Positions 48,501 through 63,479 of a stretch of DNA of 64,000 bases are shown one piece after another. The stretch is taken from assembly GCA_964016885.1 (NCBI GenBank), contig OZ024742.1, positions 29,078,001-29,142,000 on the forward strand, read 5' to 3'. Each line of letters begins with the position of its first letter. Within the stretch, counting starts at the first letter, position 1. The notes beneath the pieces are model-generated. The model was not told where the DNA came from and did no database searches. It was given only the letters and a program-made list of their open reading frames with translations. The position numbers were made by a program, and so were the translations under genes. This DNA comes from Eledone cirrhosa. Its lineage: Eukaryota.

Positions 48501-51500
48501 TCCTCACATATATGGTATCTACCACTGGAATGGTGACTAGGTGACAGTATCTGCTCCTCACATTTATGGTATCTACCATTGGAATGGTGACTAGGTGACA
48601 GTATCTGGTCCTCACATATATGGTATCTACCACTGGAATGGTGACTAGGTGACAGTATCTGGTCCTCACATATATGGTATCTACCACTGGAATGGTGACT
48701 AGGTGACAGTATCTGGTCCTCACATATATAGTATCTACCACTGGAATGGTGACTAGGTGACAGTATCTGGTCCTCACATATATGGTATCTACCACTGGAA
48801 TGGTGACTAGGTGACAGTATCTGGTCCTCACATTTATGGTATCTACCTTTGGAATGGTGACTAGGTGACAGTATCTGGTCCTCACATATATGGTATCTAC
48901 CACTGGAATGGTGACTAGGTGACAGTATCTGGTCCTCACATTTATGGTATCTACCATTGGAATGGGGACTTGGTGACAGTATCTGGTCCTTACATATATG
49001 GTATCTACCACTGGAATGGTAACTAGGTGACAGTATCTGGTCCTTACATATATAGTATCTACCATTGGAATGGTGACTGGTGACAGTATCTGGTCCTTAC
49101 ATATATAGTATCTACCACTGGAATGGTAACTAGGTGACAGTATCTAGTCCTCACATATATGGTATCTACCACTGGAATGGTAACTAGGTGACAGTATCTG
49201 GTCCTTACATATATAGTATCTACCATTGGAACGGTGACTAGGTGACAGTATCTGGTCCTCATATTTATAGTATCTACCATTGGAATGGTAACTAGGTGAC
49301 AGTATCTGGTCCTCACATATAAAGTATCTACCACTGGAATGGTGACTAGGTGACAGTATCTGGTCCTCACGTTTATAGTATCTACCATTGGAATGGTGAC
49401 TAGGTGACAGTATCTGGTCCTCACATTTATAGTTTCTACCACTGGAATGGTGACTAGGTGACAGTATCTGGTCCTCACATTTATAGTATCTACCATTGGA
49501 ATGGTGACTAGGTGACAGTATCTGGTCCTCACATTTATAGTATCTACCACTGGAATGGTGACTAGGTGACAGTATCTGGTCCTCACATATATGGTATCTA
49601 CCATTGGAATGGTGACTAGTTGACAGTATCTGGTCCTCACATATATGGTATCTACCACTGGAATTGTGACTAGGTGACATTATCTGGTCCTCACGTTTAT
49701 AGTATCTACCATTGGAATGGTGACTAGGTGACAGTATCTGGTCCTCACATATATGGTATCTACCACTGGAATTGTGACTAGGTGACAGTATCTGGTCCTC
49801 ACGTTTATAGTATCTACCATTGGAATGGTGACTAGGTGACAGTATCTGGTCCTCACATTTATAGTATCTACCACTGGAATGGTGACCAGGTGACAGTATC
49901 TGGTACTCACATTTATAGTATCTACCATTGGAATGGTAACTTGGTGACAGTATCTGGTCCTCACATTTATGGTATCTACCACTGGAATGGTAACTAGGTG
50001 ACAGTATCTGGTCCTCACGTTTATAGTATCTACCACTGGAATGGTTGACTAGGTGACAGTATCTGGTCCGCACATATATGGTATCTACCATTGGAATGGT
50101 AACTAGGTGACAGTATCTGGTCCTCACATATATAGTATCTACAATTAGAATGGTGACTAGGTGACAGTATCTGGTCCTCACATATATGATATCTACCATT
50201 GGAATGGTGACGAGGTGACAGTATCTGGTCCTCACATTTATAGTATCTACCACTGGAATGGTGACTAGGTGACAGTATCTGGTCCTCACATATATGGCAT
50301 CTCCCACTGGAATGGTAACTAGGTGACAGTATCTGGTCCTCACATATATAGTATCTACCATTAGATTGGTAACTAGGTGACAGTATCTGGTCCTTACATA
50401 TATAGTATCTACCATTGGAATGGTGACTAGGTGACAGTATCTGGTGCTCACATTTATAGTATCTACCATTGGAATGGTGACTAGGTGACAGTATCTGGTC
50501 CTCACATATATAGTATCTACCATTGGAGTGGTAACTGGTGACAGTATCTGGTCCTCACTTATATAGTATCTACCATTGGAATGGTAACTATGTGACAGTA
50601 TCTGGTCCTCACATATATGGTATCTACCATTGGAAAGGTGACTAGGTGATAGTATCTAGTCCTCACATTTATAGTATCTACCACTGGAATGGTGACCAGC
50701 TGACAGTATCTGGTACTCACATTTATAGTATCTACCATTGGAATGGTAACTTGGTGACAGTATCTGGTCCTCACATTTATAGTCCCTACCATTGGAATGG
50801 TGACTAGGTGACAGTATCTGGTCCTCACATATATAGTATCTACCACTGGAATGGTGACTAGGTGACAGTATCTGGTCCTCACATATATGGTATCTACCAC
50901 TGGAATGGTGACTAGGTGACAGTATCTGGTCCTCACATTTATAGTATCTACCATTGGAATGGTGACTAGGTGACAGTATCTGGTCCTCACATTTATAGTA
51001 TCTACCACTGGAATGGTGACTAGGTGACAGTATCTAGTCCTCACATTTATAGTATCTACCATTGGAATGGTGACTAGGTGACAGTATCTGGTCCTCACAT
51101 TTATAGTATCTACCACTGGAATGGTGACTAGGTGACAGTATCTGGTCCTCACATATATGGTATCTACCATTGGAATGGTGACTAGGTGACAGTATCTGGT
51201 CCTCACATATATGGTATCTACCACTGGAATGGTGACTAGGTGACAGTATCTGGTCCTCACGTTTATAGTATCTACCATTGGAATGGTGACTAGGTGACAG
51301 TATCTGGTCCTCACATTTATAGTATCTACCACTGGAATGGTGACTAGGTGACAGTATCTGGTCCTCACATTTATAGTATCTACCATTGGAATGGTGACTA
51401 GGTGACAGTATCTGGTCCTCACATATATAGTATCTACCACTGGAATGTTGACTAGGTGACAGTATCTGGTCCTCACATATATGGTATCTACCATTGGAAT

Positions 51501-54500
51501 GGTGACTAGGTGACAGTATCTGGTCCTCACATATATGGTATCTACCACTGGAATGGTGACTAGGTGACAGTATCTGCTCCTCACATTTATGGTATCTACC
51601 ATTGGAATGGTGACTAGGTGACAGTATCTGGTCCTCACATATATGGTATCTACCACTGGAATGGTGACTAGGTGACAGTATCTGGTCCTCACATATATGG
51701 TATCTACCACTGGAATGGTGACTAGGTGACAGTATCTGGTCCTCACATATATAGTATCTACCACTGGAATGGTGACTAGGTGACAGTATCTGGTCCTCAC
51801 ATATATGGTATCTACCACTGGAATGGTGACTAGGTGACAGTATCTGGTCCTCACATTTATGGTATCTACCTTTGGAATGGTGACTAGGTGACAGTATCTG
51901 GTCCTCACATATATGGTATCTACCACTGGAATGGTGACTAGGTGACAGTATCTGGTCCTCACATTTATGGTATCTACCATTGGAATGGGGACTTGGTGAC
52001 AGTATCTGGTCCTTACATATATGGTATCTACCACTGGAATGGTAACTAGGTGACAGTATCTGGTCCTTACATATATAGTATCTACCATTGGAATGGTGAC
52101 TGGTGACAGTATCTGGTCCTTACATATATAGTATCTACCACTGGAATGGTAACTAGGTGACAGTATCTAGTCCTCACATATATGGTATCTACCACTGGAA
52201 TGGTAACTAGGTGACAGTATCTGGTCCTTACATATATAGTATCTACCATTGGAACGGTGACTAGGTGACAGTATCTGGTCCTCATATTTATAGTATCTAC
52301 CATTGGAATGGTAACTAGGTGACAGTATCTGGTCCTCACATATAAAGTATCTACCACTGGAATGGTGACTAGGTGACAGTATCTGGTCCTCACGTTTATA
52401 GTATCTACCATTGGAATGGTGACTAGGTGACAGTATCTGGTCCTCACATTTATAGTTTCTACCACTGGAATGGTGACTAGGTGACAGTATCTGGTCCTCA
52501 CATTTATAGTATCTACCATTGGAATGGTGACTAGGTGACAGTATCTGGTCCTCACATTTATAGTATCTACCACTGGAATGGTGACTAGGTGACAGTATCT
52601 GGTCCTCACATATATGGTATCTACCATTGGAATGGTGACTAGTTGACAGTATCTGGTCCTCACATATATGGTATCTACCACTGGAATTGTGACTAGGTGA
52701 CAGTATCTGGTCCTCACGTTTATAGTATCTACCATTGGAATGGTGACTAGGTGACAGTATCTGGTCCTCACATATATGGTATCTACCACTGGAATTGTGA
52801 CTAGGTGACAGTATCTGGTCCTCACGTTTATAGTATCTACCATTGGAATGGTGACTAGGTGACAGTATCTGGTCCTCACATATATGGTATCTACCATTGG
52901 AATGGTGACTAGTTGACAGTATCTGGTCCTCACATATATGGTATCTACCACTGGAATTGTGACTAGGTGACAGTATCTGGTCCTCACGTTTATAGTATCT
53001 ACCATTGGAATGTTGACTAGGTGACAGTATCTGGTCCTCACATATATGGTATCTACCATTGGAATGGTGACTAGGTGACAGTATCTGGTCCTCACATATA
53101 TGGTATCTACCACTGGAATGGTGACTAGGTGACAGTATCTGGTCCTCACATTTATGGTATCTACCATTGGAATGGTGACTAGGTGACAGTATCTGGTCCT
53201 CACATTTATGGTATCTACCTTTGGAATGGTGACTAGGTGACAGTATCTGGTCCTCACATATATGGTATCTACCACTGGAATGGTGACTAGGTGACAGTAT
53301 CTGGTCCTCACATTTATGGTATCTACCATTGGAATGGCGACTTGGTGACAGTATCTGGTCCTTACATATATGGTATCTACCACTGGAATGGTAACTAGGT
53401 GACAGTATCTGGTCCTTACATATATAGTATCTACCATTGGAATGGTGACTGGTGACAGTATCTGGTCCTTACATATATAGTATCTACCACTGGAATGGTA
53501 ACTAGGTGACAGTATCTAGTCCTCACATATATGGTATCTACCACTGGAATGGTAACTAGGTGACAGTATCTGGTCCTTACATATATAGTATCTACCTTTG
53601 GAACGGTGACTAGGTGACAGTATCTGGTCCTCATATTTATAGTATCTACCATTGGAATGGTAACTAGGTGACAGTATCTGGTCCTCACGTTTATAGTATC
53701 TACCATTGGAATGGTGACTAGGTGACAGTATCTGGTCCTCACATTTATAGTATCTACCACTGGAATGGTGACCAGGTGACAGTATCTGGTACTCACATTT
53801 ATAGTATCTACCATTGGAATGGTAACTTGGTGACAGTATCTGGTCCTCACATTTATGGTATCTACCACTGGAATGGTAACTAGGTGACAGTATCTGGTCC
53901 TCACGTTTATAGTATCTACCACTGGAATGGTTGACTAGGTGACAGTATCTGGTCCGCACATATATGGTATCTACCATTGGAATGGTAACTAGGTGACAGT
54001 ATCTGGTGCTCCATATATAGTATCTACAATTAGAATGGTGACTAGGTGACAGTATCTGGTCCTCACATATATGGTATCTACCATTGGAATGGTGACGAGG
54101 TGACAGTATCTGGTCCTCACATTTATAGTATCTACCACTGGAATGGTGACTAGGTGACAGTATCTGGTCCTCACATATATGGCATCTCCCACTGGAATGG
54201 TAACTAGGTGACAGTATCTGGTCCTCACATATATAGTATCTACCATTAGATTGGTAACTAGGTGACAGTATCTGGTCCTTACATATATAGTATCTACCAT
54301 TGGAATGGTGACTAGGTGACAGTATCTGGTGCTCACATTTATAGTATCTACCATTGGAATGGTGACTAGGTGACAGTATCTGGTCCTCACATATATAGTA
54401 TCTACCATTGGAGTGGTAACTGGTGACAGTATCTGGTCCTCACTTATATAGTATCTACCATTGGAATGGTAACTATGTGACAGTATCTGGTCCTCACATA

Positions 54501-57500
54501 TATGGTATCTACCATTGGAAAGGTGACTAGGTGATAGTATCTAGTCCTCACATTTATAGTATCTACCACTGGAATGGTGACCAGCTGACAGTATCTGGTA
54601 CTCACATTTATAGTATCTACCATTGGAATGGTAACTTGGTGACAGTATCTGGTCCTCACATTTATAGTCCCTACCATTGGAATGGTGACTAGGTGACAGT
54701 ATCTGGTCCTCACATATATAGTATCTACCACTGGAATGGTGACTAGGTGACAGTATCTGGTCCTCACATATATGGTATCTACCACTGGAATGGTGACTAG
54801 GTGACAGTATCTGGTCCTCACATTTATAGTATCTACCATTGGAATGGTGACTAGGTGACAGTATCTGGTCCTCACATTTATAGTATCTACCACTGGAATG
54901 GTGACTAGGTGACAGTATCTAGTCCTCACATTTATAGTATCTACCATTGGAATGGTGACTAGGTGACAGTATCTGGTCCTCACATTTATAGTATCTACCA
55001 CTGGAATGGTGACTAGGTGACAGTATCTGGTCCTCACATATATGGTATCTACCATTGGAATGGTGACTAGGTGACAGTATCTGGTCCTCACATATATGGT
55101 ATCTACCACTGGAATGGTGACTAGGTGACAGTATCTGGTCCTCACGTTTATAGTATCTACCATTGGAATGGTGACTAGGTGACAGTATCTGGTCCTCACA
55201 TTTATAGTATCTACCACTGGAATGGTGACTAGGTGACAGTATCTGGTCCTCACATTTATAGTATCTACCATTGGAATGGTGACTAGGTGACAGTATCTGG
55301 TCCTCACATATATAGTATCTACCACTGGAATGTTGACTAGGTGACAGTATCTGGTCCTCACATATATGGTATCTACCATTGGAATGGTGACTAGGTGACA
55401 GTATCTGGTCCTCACATATATGGTATCTACCACTGGAATGGTGACTAGGTGACAGTATCTGGTCCTCACATTTATGGTATCTACCATTGGAATGGTGACT
55501 AGGTGACAGTATCTGGTCCTCACATATATGGTATCTACCACTGGAATGGTGACTAGGTGACAGTATCTGGTCCTCACATATATGGTATCTACCACTGGAA
55601 TGGTGACTAGGTGACAGTATCTGGTCCTCACATATATAGTATCTACCACTGGAATGGTGACTAGGTGACAGTATCTGGTCCTCACATATATGGTATCTAC
55701 CACTGGAATGGTGACTAGGTGACAGTATCTGGTCCTCACATTTATGGTATCTACCTTTGGAATGGTGACTAGGTGACAGTATCTGGTCCTCACATATATG
55801 GTATCTACCACTGGAATGGTGACTAGGTGACAGTATCTGGTCCTCACATTTATGGTATCTACCATTGGAATGGTAACTAGATGACAGTATCTGGTCCTTA
55901 CATATATGGTATCTACCACTGGAATGGTAACTAGGTGACAGTATCTGGTCCTTACATATATAGTATCTACCATTGGAATGGTGACTGGTGACAGTATCTG
56001 GTCCTTACATATATAGTATCTACCACTGGAATGGTAACTAGGTGACAGTATCTAGTCCTCACATATATGGTATCTACCACTGGAATGGTAACTAGGTGAC
56101 AGTATCTGGTCCTTACATATATAGTATCTACCATTGGAACGGTGACTAGGTGACAGTATCTGGTCCTCATATTTATAGTATCTACCATTGGAATGGTAAC
56201 TAGGTGACAGTATCTGGTCCTCACATATAAAGTATCTACCACTGGAATGGTGACTAGGTGACAGTATCTGGTCCTCACGTTTATAGTATCTACCATTGGA
56301 ATGGTGACTAGGTGACAGTATCTGGTCCTCACATTTATAGTTTCTACCACTGCAATGGTGACTAGGTGACAGTATCTGGTCCTCACATTTATAGTATCTA
56401 CCATTGGAATGGTGACTAGGTGACAGTATCTGGTCCTCACATTTATAGTATCTACCACTGGAATGGTGACTAGGTGACAGTATCTGGTCCTCACATATAT
56501 GGTATCTACCATTGGAATGGTGACTAGTTGACAGTATCTGGTCCTCACATATATGGTATCTACCACTGGAATTGTGACTAGGTGACAGTATCTGGTCCTC
56601 ACGTTTATAGTATCTACCATTGGAATGGTGACTAGGTGACAGTATCTGGTCCTCACATTTATAGTATCTACCACTGGAATGGTGACTAGGTGACAGTATC
56701 TGGTCCTCACATTTATAGTATCTACCATTGGAATGGTGACTAGGTGACAGTATCTGGTCCTCACATATATAGTATCTACCACTGGAATGTTGACTAGGTG
56801 ACAGTATCTGGTCCTCACATATATGGTATCTACCATTGGAATGGTGACTAGGTGACAGTATCTGGTCCTCACATATATGGTATCTACCACTGGAATGGTG
56901 ACTAGGTGACAGTATCTGGTCCTCACATTTATGGTATCTACCATTGGAATGGTGACTAGGTGACAGTATCTGGTCCTCACATATATGGTATCTACCACTG
57001 GAATGGTGACTAGGTGATAGTATCTGGTCCTCACATATATGGTATCTACCACTGGATTGGTGACTAGGTGACAGTATCTGGTCCTCACATATATAGTATC
57101 TACCACTGGAATGGTGACTAGGTGACAGTTTCTGGTCCTCACATATATGGTATCTACCACTGGAATGGTGACTAGGTGACAGTATCTGGTCCTCACATTT
57201 ATGGTATCTACCTTTGGAATGGTGACTAGGTGACAGTATCTGGTCCTCACATATATGGTATCTACCACTGGAATGGTGACTAGGTGACAGTATCTGGTCC
57301 TCACATTTATGGTATCTACCATTGGAATGGGGACTTGGTGACAGTATCTGGTCCTTACATATATGGTATCTACCACTGGAATGGTAACTAGGTGACAGTA
57401 TCTGGTCCTTACATATATAGTATCTACCATTGGAATGGTGACTGGTGACAGTATCTGGTCCTTACATATATAGTATCTACCACTGGAATGGTAACTAGGT

Positions 57501-60500
57501 GACAGTATCTAGTCCTCACATATATGGTATCTACCACTGGAATGGTAACTAGGTGACAGTATCTGGTCCTTACATATATAGTATCTACCATTGGAACGGT
57601 GACTAGGTGACAGTATCTGGTCCTCATATTTATAGTATCTACCATTGGAATGGTAACTAGGTGACAGTATCTGGTCCTCACATATATAGTATCTACCACT
57701 GGAATGGTGACTAGGTGACAGTATCTGGTCCTCACGTTTATAGTATCTACCATTGGAATGGTGACTAGGTGACAGTATCTGGTCCTCACATTTATAGTAT
57801 CTACCACTGGAATGGTGACTAGGTGACAGTATCTGGTCCTCACATTTATAGTATCTACCATTGGAATGGTGACTAGGTGACAGTATCTGGTCCTCACATA
57901 TATAGTATCTACCACTGGAATGTTGACTAGGTGACAGGATATGGTCCTCACATATATGGTATCTACCATTAAGAATGGTGACTAGGTGACAGTATCTGGT
58001 TCTCACATATATGGTATCTACCACTGGAATGGTGACTAGGTGACAGTATCTGGTCCTCACATTTATGGTATCTACCATTGGAATGGTGACTAGGTGACAG
58101 TATCTGGTCCTCACATATATGGTATCTACCACTGGAATGGTGACTAGGTGACAGTATCTGGTCCTCACATATATGGTATCTACCACTGGAATGGTGACTA
58201 GGTGACAGTATCTGGTCCTCACATATATAGTATCTACCACTGGAATGGTGACTAGGTGACAGTATCTGGTCCTCACATATATGGTATCTACCACTGGAAT
58301 GGTGACTAGGTGACAGTATCTGGTCCTCACATTTATGGTATCTACCTTTGGTATGGTGACTAGGTGACAGTATCTGGTGCTCACATATATGGTATCTACC
58401 ACTGGAATGGTGACTAGGTGACAGTATCTGGTCCTCACATTTATGGTATCTACCATTGGAATGGGGACTGGTGACAGTATCTGGTCCTTACATATATAGT
58501 ATCTACCACTGGAATGGTAAGTAGGTGACAGTATCTAGTCCTCACATATATGGTATCTACCACTGGAATGGTAACTAGGTGACAGTATCTGGTCCTTACA
58601 TATATAGTATCTATCATTGGAACGGTGACTAGGTGACAGTATCTGGTCCTCATATTTATAGTATCTACCATTGGAATGGTAACTAGGTGACAGTATCTGG
58701 TCCTCACATATATAGTATCTACCAGTGGAATGGTGACTAGGTGACAGTATCTGGTCCTCACGTTTATAGTATCTACCATTGGAATGGTGACTAGGTGACA
58801 GTATCTGGTCCTCACATTTATGGTATCTACCTTTGGAATGGTGACTAGGTGACAGTATCTGGTCCTCACATATATGGTATCTACCACTGGAATGGTGACT
58901 AGGTGACAGTATCTGGTCCTCACATTTATGGTATCTACCATTGGAATGGGGACTTGGTGACAGTATCTGGTCCTTACATATATGGTATCTACCACTGGAA
59001 TGGTAACTAGGTGACAGTATCTGGCCCTTACATATATAGTATCTACCATTGGAATGGTGACTGGTGACAGTATCTGGTCCTCACATATATAGTATCTACC
59101 ACTGGAATGGTGACTAGGTGACAGTATCTGGTCCTCACATTTATAGTATCTACCATCGGAATGGTGACTAGGTGACAGTATCTGGTCCTCACATTTATGG
59201 TATCTACCACTGGAATGGTAACTAGTGACAGTATCTGGTCCTCACGTTTATAGTATCAACCACTGGAATGGTTGACTAGGTGACAGTATCTGGTCCTCAC
59301 ATATATGGTATCTACCATTGGAATGGTAACTAGGTGACAGTATCTGGTCCTCACATATATGGTATCTACCACTGGAATGGTAACTAGGTGACAGTATCTG
59401 GTCCTCACATATATGGTATCTACCATTGGAATGGTGACTAGGTGACAGTATCTGGTCCTCACATATATGGTATCTACCATTGGAATGGTGACTAGGTGAC
59501 AGTATCTGGTCCTCACATATATGGTATCTACCACTGGAATGGTGACTAGGTGACAGTATCTGGTCCTCACATATATGGTATCTACCACTGGAATGGTGAC
59601 TAGGTGACAGTATCTGGTCCTCACATATATGGTATCTACCATTGGAATGGTAACTTGGTGACAGTATCTGGTCCTCACATATATGGTATCTACCATTGGA
59701 ATGGTAACTAGGTGACAGTATCTGGTCCTCATATTTATAGTATCTACCATTGGAATTGTAACTAGGTGACAGTATCTGGTCCTCACATATATGGTATCTA
59801 CCATTGGAATGGGGACTAGGTGACAGTATCTGGTCCTCACATATATAGTATCTACCATTGGAATGGTAACTAGGTGACAGTATCTGGTCCTCACATATAT
59901 GGTATCTACCATTGGAATGGGGACTAGGTGACAGTATCTGGTCCTCACATATATAGTATCTACCATTGGAATGGTAACTAGGTGACAGTATCTGGTCCTC
60001 ACATTTATAGTATCTACCATTGGAGTGGTAACTAGGTGACAGTATCTGGTCCTCACATTTATGGTATCTACAACTGGAATGGGGACTAGGTGACAGTATC
60101 TGGTCCTCACATATATGGTATCTACCACTGGAATGGTAACTAGTGACAGTATCTGGTCCTCACGTTTATAGTATCAACCACTGGAATGGTTGACTAGGTG
60201 ACAGTATCTGGTCCTCACATATATGGTATCTACCATTGGAATGGTAACTAGGTGACAGTATCTGGTCCTCACATATATGGTATCTACCACTGGAATGGTA
60301 ACTAGGTGACAGTATCTGGTCCTCACATATATAGTATCTACCATTGGAATGGTGACGAGGTGACAGTATCTGGTCCTCACATTTATAGTATCTACCACTG
60401 GAATGGTGACTAGGTGACAGTATCTGGTCCTCACATATATGGTATCTACCACTGGAATGGTAACTAGGTGACAGTATCTGGTCCTCACATATATAGTATC

Positions 60501-62307
60501 TACCATTAGAGTGGTAACTAGGTGACAGTATCTGGTCCTTACATATATATAGTATCTACCATTGGAATGGTGTCTAGGTGACAGTATCTGGTCCTCACAT
60601 TTATAGTATCTACCATTGGAATGGTGACTAGGTGACAGTATCTGGTCCTCACATATATTGTATCTACCATTGGAGTGGTAACTAGGTGACAGTATCTGGT
60701 CCTCACTTATATAGTATCTACCATTGGAATGGTAACTATATGACAGTATCTGGTCCTCACATATATGGTATCTACCATTGGAAAGGTGACTAGGTGATAG
60801 TATCTAGTCCTCACATTTATAGTATCTACCACTGGAATGGTGACCAGGTGACAGTATCTGGTACTCACATTTATAGTATCTACCATTGGAATGGTAACTT
60901 GGTGACAGTATCTGGTCCTCACATATATAGTATCTACCATTGGAATGGTAACTAGGTGACAGTATCTAGTCCTCACATTTATAGTATCTACCACTGGAAT
61001 GGTAACTAGATGACAGTATCTGGTCCTCACATATATGGTATCAACCATTGGAATGGTGACTTGGTGACAGTATCTGGTCCTCACATATATAGTATCTACC
61101 ATTGGAATGGTAACTAGGTGACAGTATCTGGTCCTCACATATATGGTATCTACCATTGGAAAGGTGACTAGGTGACAGTATCTAGTCCTCACATTTATAG
61201 TATCTACCACTGGAATGGTGACTAGGTGACAGTATCTGGTCCTCACATATATGGTATCTACCATTGGAAATGTGACTAGGTGACAGTATCTGGTCCTCAC
61301 ATTTATAGTATCTACCATTGGAATGGTAACTTGGTGACAGTATCTAGTCCTCACATTTATAGTATCTACCACTGGAATGGTAACTAGGTGACAGTATCTG
61401 GTCCTCACATTTATGGTATCTACCATTGGAATGGTGACTAGGTGACAGTATCTGGTCCTCACATATATGGTATCTACCATTGGAATGGTGACTAGGTAAC
61501 AGTATCTGGTCCTCACATATATGGTATCTACCATTGGAATGGTGACTAGGTGACAGTATCTGGTCCTCACATATATGTTATCGACCATTGGAATGGTGAC
61601 TAGGTGACAGTATCTGGTCCTCACATATATGGTATCTACCATTAGAGTGGTAACTGGTTGACAGTATCTAGTCCTCACATATATGGTATCTACCATCGGC
61701 ATGGTAACTGGTTGACAGTATCTGGTCCTCATATTTATAGTATCTACCACTGGAATGGTGACTAGGTGACAGTATCTGGTCCTCACATATATGGTATCTA
61801 CCATTGGAATGGTAACTAGGTGACAGTATCTGGTCCTCACATTTATAGTATCTACCATTGGAATGGTAACTAGATGACAGTATCTGGTCCTCACATATAT
61901 GGTATCTACCATTGGAATGGTAACTAGGTGACAGTATCTGGTCCTCACATATATGGTATCTACCATTGGAATGGTGACTAGGTAACAGTATCTGGTACAT
62001 ATATGGTATCTACCATTGGAATGGTGACTAGGTGACAGTATCTGGTCCTCACATATATGGTATCTACCACTGGAATGGTAACTAGGTGACAGTATCTGGT
62101 CCTCACATATATGGTATCTACCATTGGAATGGTAACTAGGTGACAGTATCTGGTCCTCACATTTATAGTATCTACCATTGGAATGGTGACTAGGTGACAG
62201 TATCTGGTCCTCACATATATGGTATCTACCATTGGAATGGTGACTGGGTGGCAGTATCTGGTCCTCACATATATGGTATCTAGCATTGGAATGGTGACTG
62301 GTTGACA
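36553..62307. repeat. 54-bp tandem satellite, ~477 copies, with higher-order repeats
   Basis: Consensus GGTGACAGTATCTGGTCCTCACATWTATRGTATCTACCAYTGGAATGGTRACTA; 25,755 bp / 54. Confidence 0.98.
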
Positions 62308-62469
62308 AGCTCTACATCAGGCATATGTGCTCGCCATATGTTTTAGAATACAGCTTTCATTTAACCTAATAGATTTTTTTCATTTTAACCCTTTCTGTTG
62401 TTTTTCCTGTAACGTTTTTCTTCGATGAAGTTAGCATCCTGTTTATATTTTATTGCTCCCTTATATAGA

Positions 62470-62690
62470 GAGGTGTGTGGAGTAATGGTAAGGGTGTTGA
62501 AATTACGATCGTGATGTTGTGGGTTCGATTCCTGGACTGGGTTGTGATCTTGAGCAAAACACCTTATTTCACATTGCTCTAGTGTATCTAGCTAAAAATG
62601 AGTACCGGCATTAGCTGAGGGTTTAACCCAGTGATGGACTGGCGTCCCGTCCATGGGGTGTATTGTACTCTCGTGATAAACATCGGGCTA
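62470..62690 (+). mobile_element. tRNA-derived SINE, family 2
   Basis: tggagtaatggtaaggg, ggttcgattcct, cttgagcaaaacacctt, aaatgagtacc, gatggactggcgtcccgtcca. Confidence 0.8.
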
Positions 62691-62879
62691 ATGGAACTCT
62701 GAGGTCGAAAAACACTTTAGACTCATATATAGAGAGAAACGAGATATTTTTTTTTTTCATTTTTTTAAAATCATTTCTCGTTATCATACTAACCAGATTT
62801 CCTTCCATTACCTCTAAATAATTCTCTAGTCATATGGTTGTTGTTTTTTTTATTTTTAGTTACTTTGTTGTATCCCAGC

Positions 62880-63140
62880 ATTGGTGTGGCGGTGTCGGGA
62901 CACTGTTTGTAGTTTCCTAGGTTTTCTCTGTCTAAGATCTTCCAATAACCTTACAATTTCTAATTCATTATGTTGAATCTTTCGTTTATAACTGATTTGT
63001 CTAGTCTACCTAATATCTTATATGAAGCATTCAGTTTAGCATTTAATGACCTTTCTGAAATACGCTTTTCTAAATTTATTCTTCATTTCTCTTAGCTGTG
63101 TTTTATCAGTTTCGTCTATTCCTATGTGGTTGGTTCTTGT
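62880..63140 (-). mobile_element. Highly degenerate R4/Dong-like non-LTR RT-thumb fragment
   Basis: Pieced translation GIDETDKTQLREMKNKFRKAYFRK..LNAKLNASYKI..FNIMN..LEDL.RK.RKL resembles the region after YLG in RLE-type LINEs. Confidence 0.45.
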
Positions 63141-63479
63141 ATTATTCACTGGTTTTGGTGTTCATATTTAATTTAGTATTTTTGATTTTACTTAATTCGC
63201 TTCTTCCTATAACAGATTCGTCACATGAGGTAAATGGAATAGAGAGGATTAGAGACAAATGAAGAGAAAGAGGGGAGTCAGATTAGGAAGTGAGTGCGGG
63301 AGAAGGAGAATGAGGGAGGGGTTAGGAAGTGAGATTATGACACTGAGAGAGAGAGAGTGAGAGAGAGAGGGAGAGAGAGAGAGAGAGATGGAGAGATGGA
63401 GAAAGAGAGAGAGAGAGAGAGATGTGACAAACAATAATTAAGTTATATAAAGTTTACGTGAAATATTAAGTACATAAGT

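Noticed and set aside
36553-62307. CRISPR-like array or giant repeat-protein gene
   Set aside because: Units are head-to-tail with no unique spacers, there are no cas genes, the context is eukaryotic, and stops and frameshifts recur.
36553-62307. Plus-strand frame with one TGA per unit as a poly-selenoprotein
   Set aside because: No SECIS or start context is seen, TAG/TAA variants and indels also occur, and a single stop per 18 codons is expected by chance.
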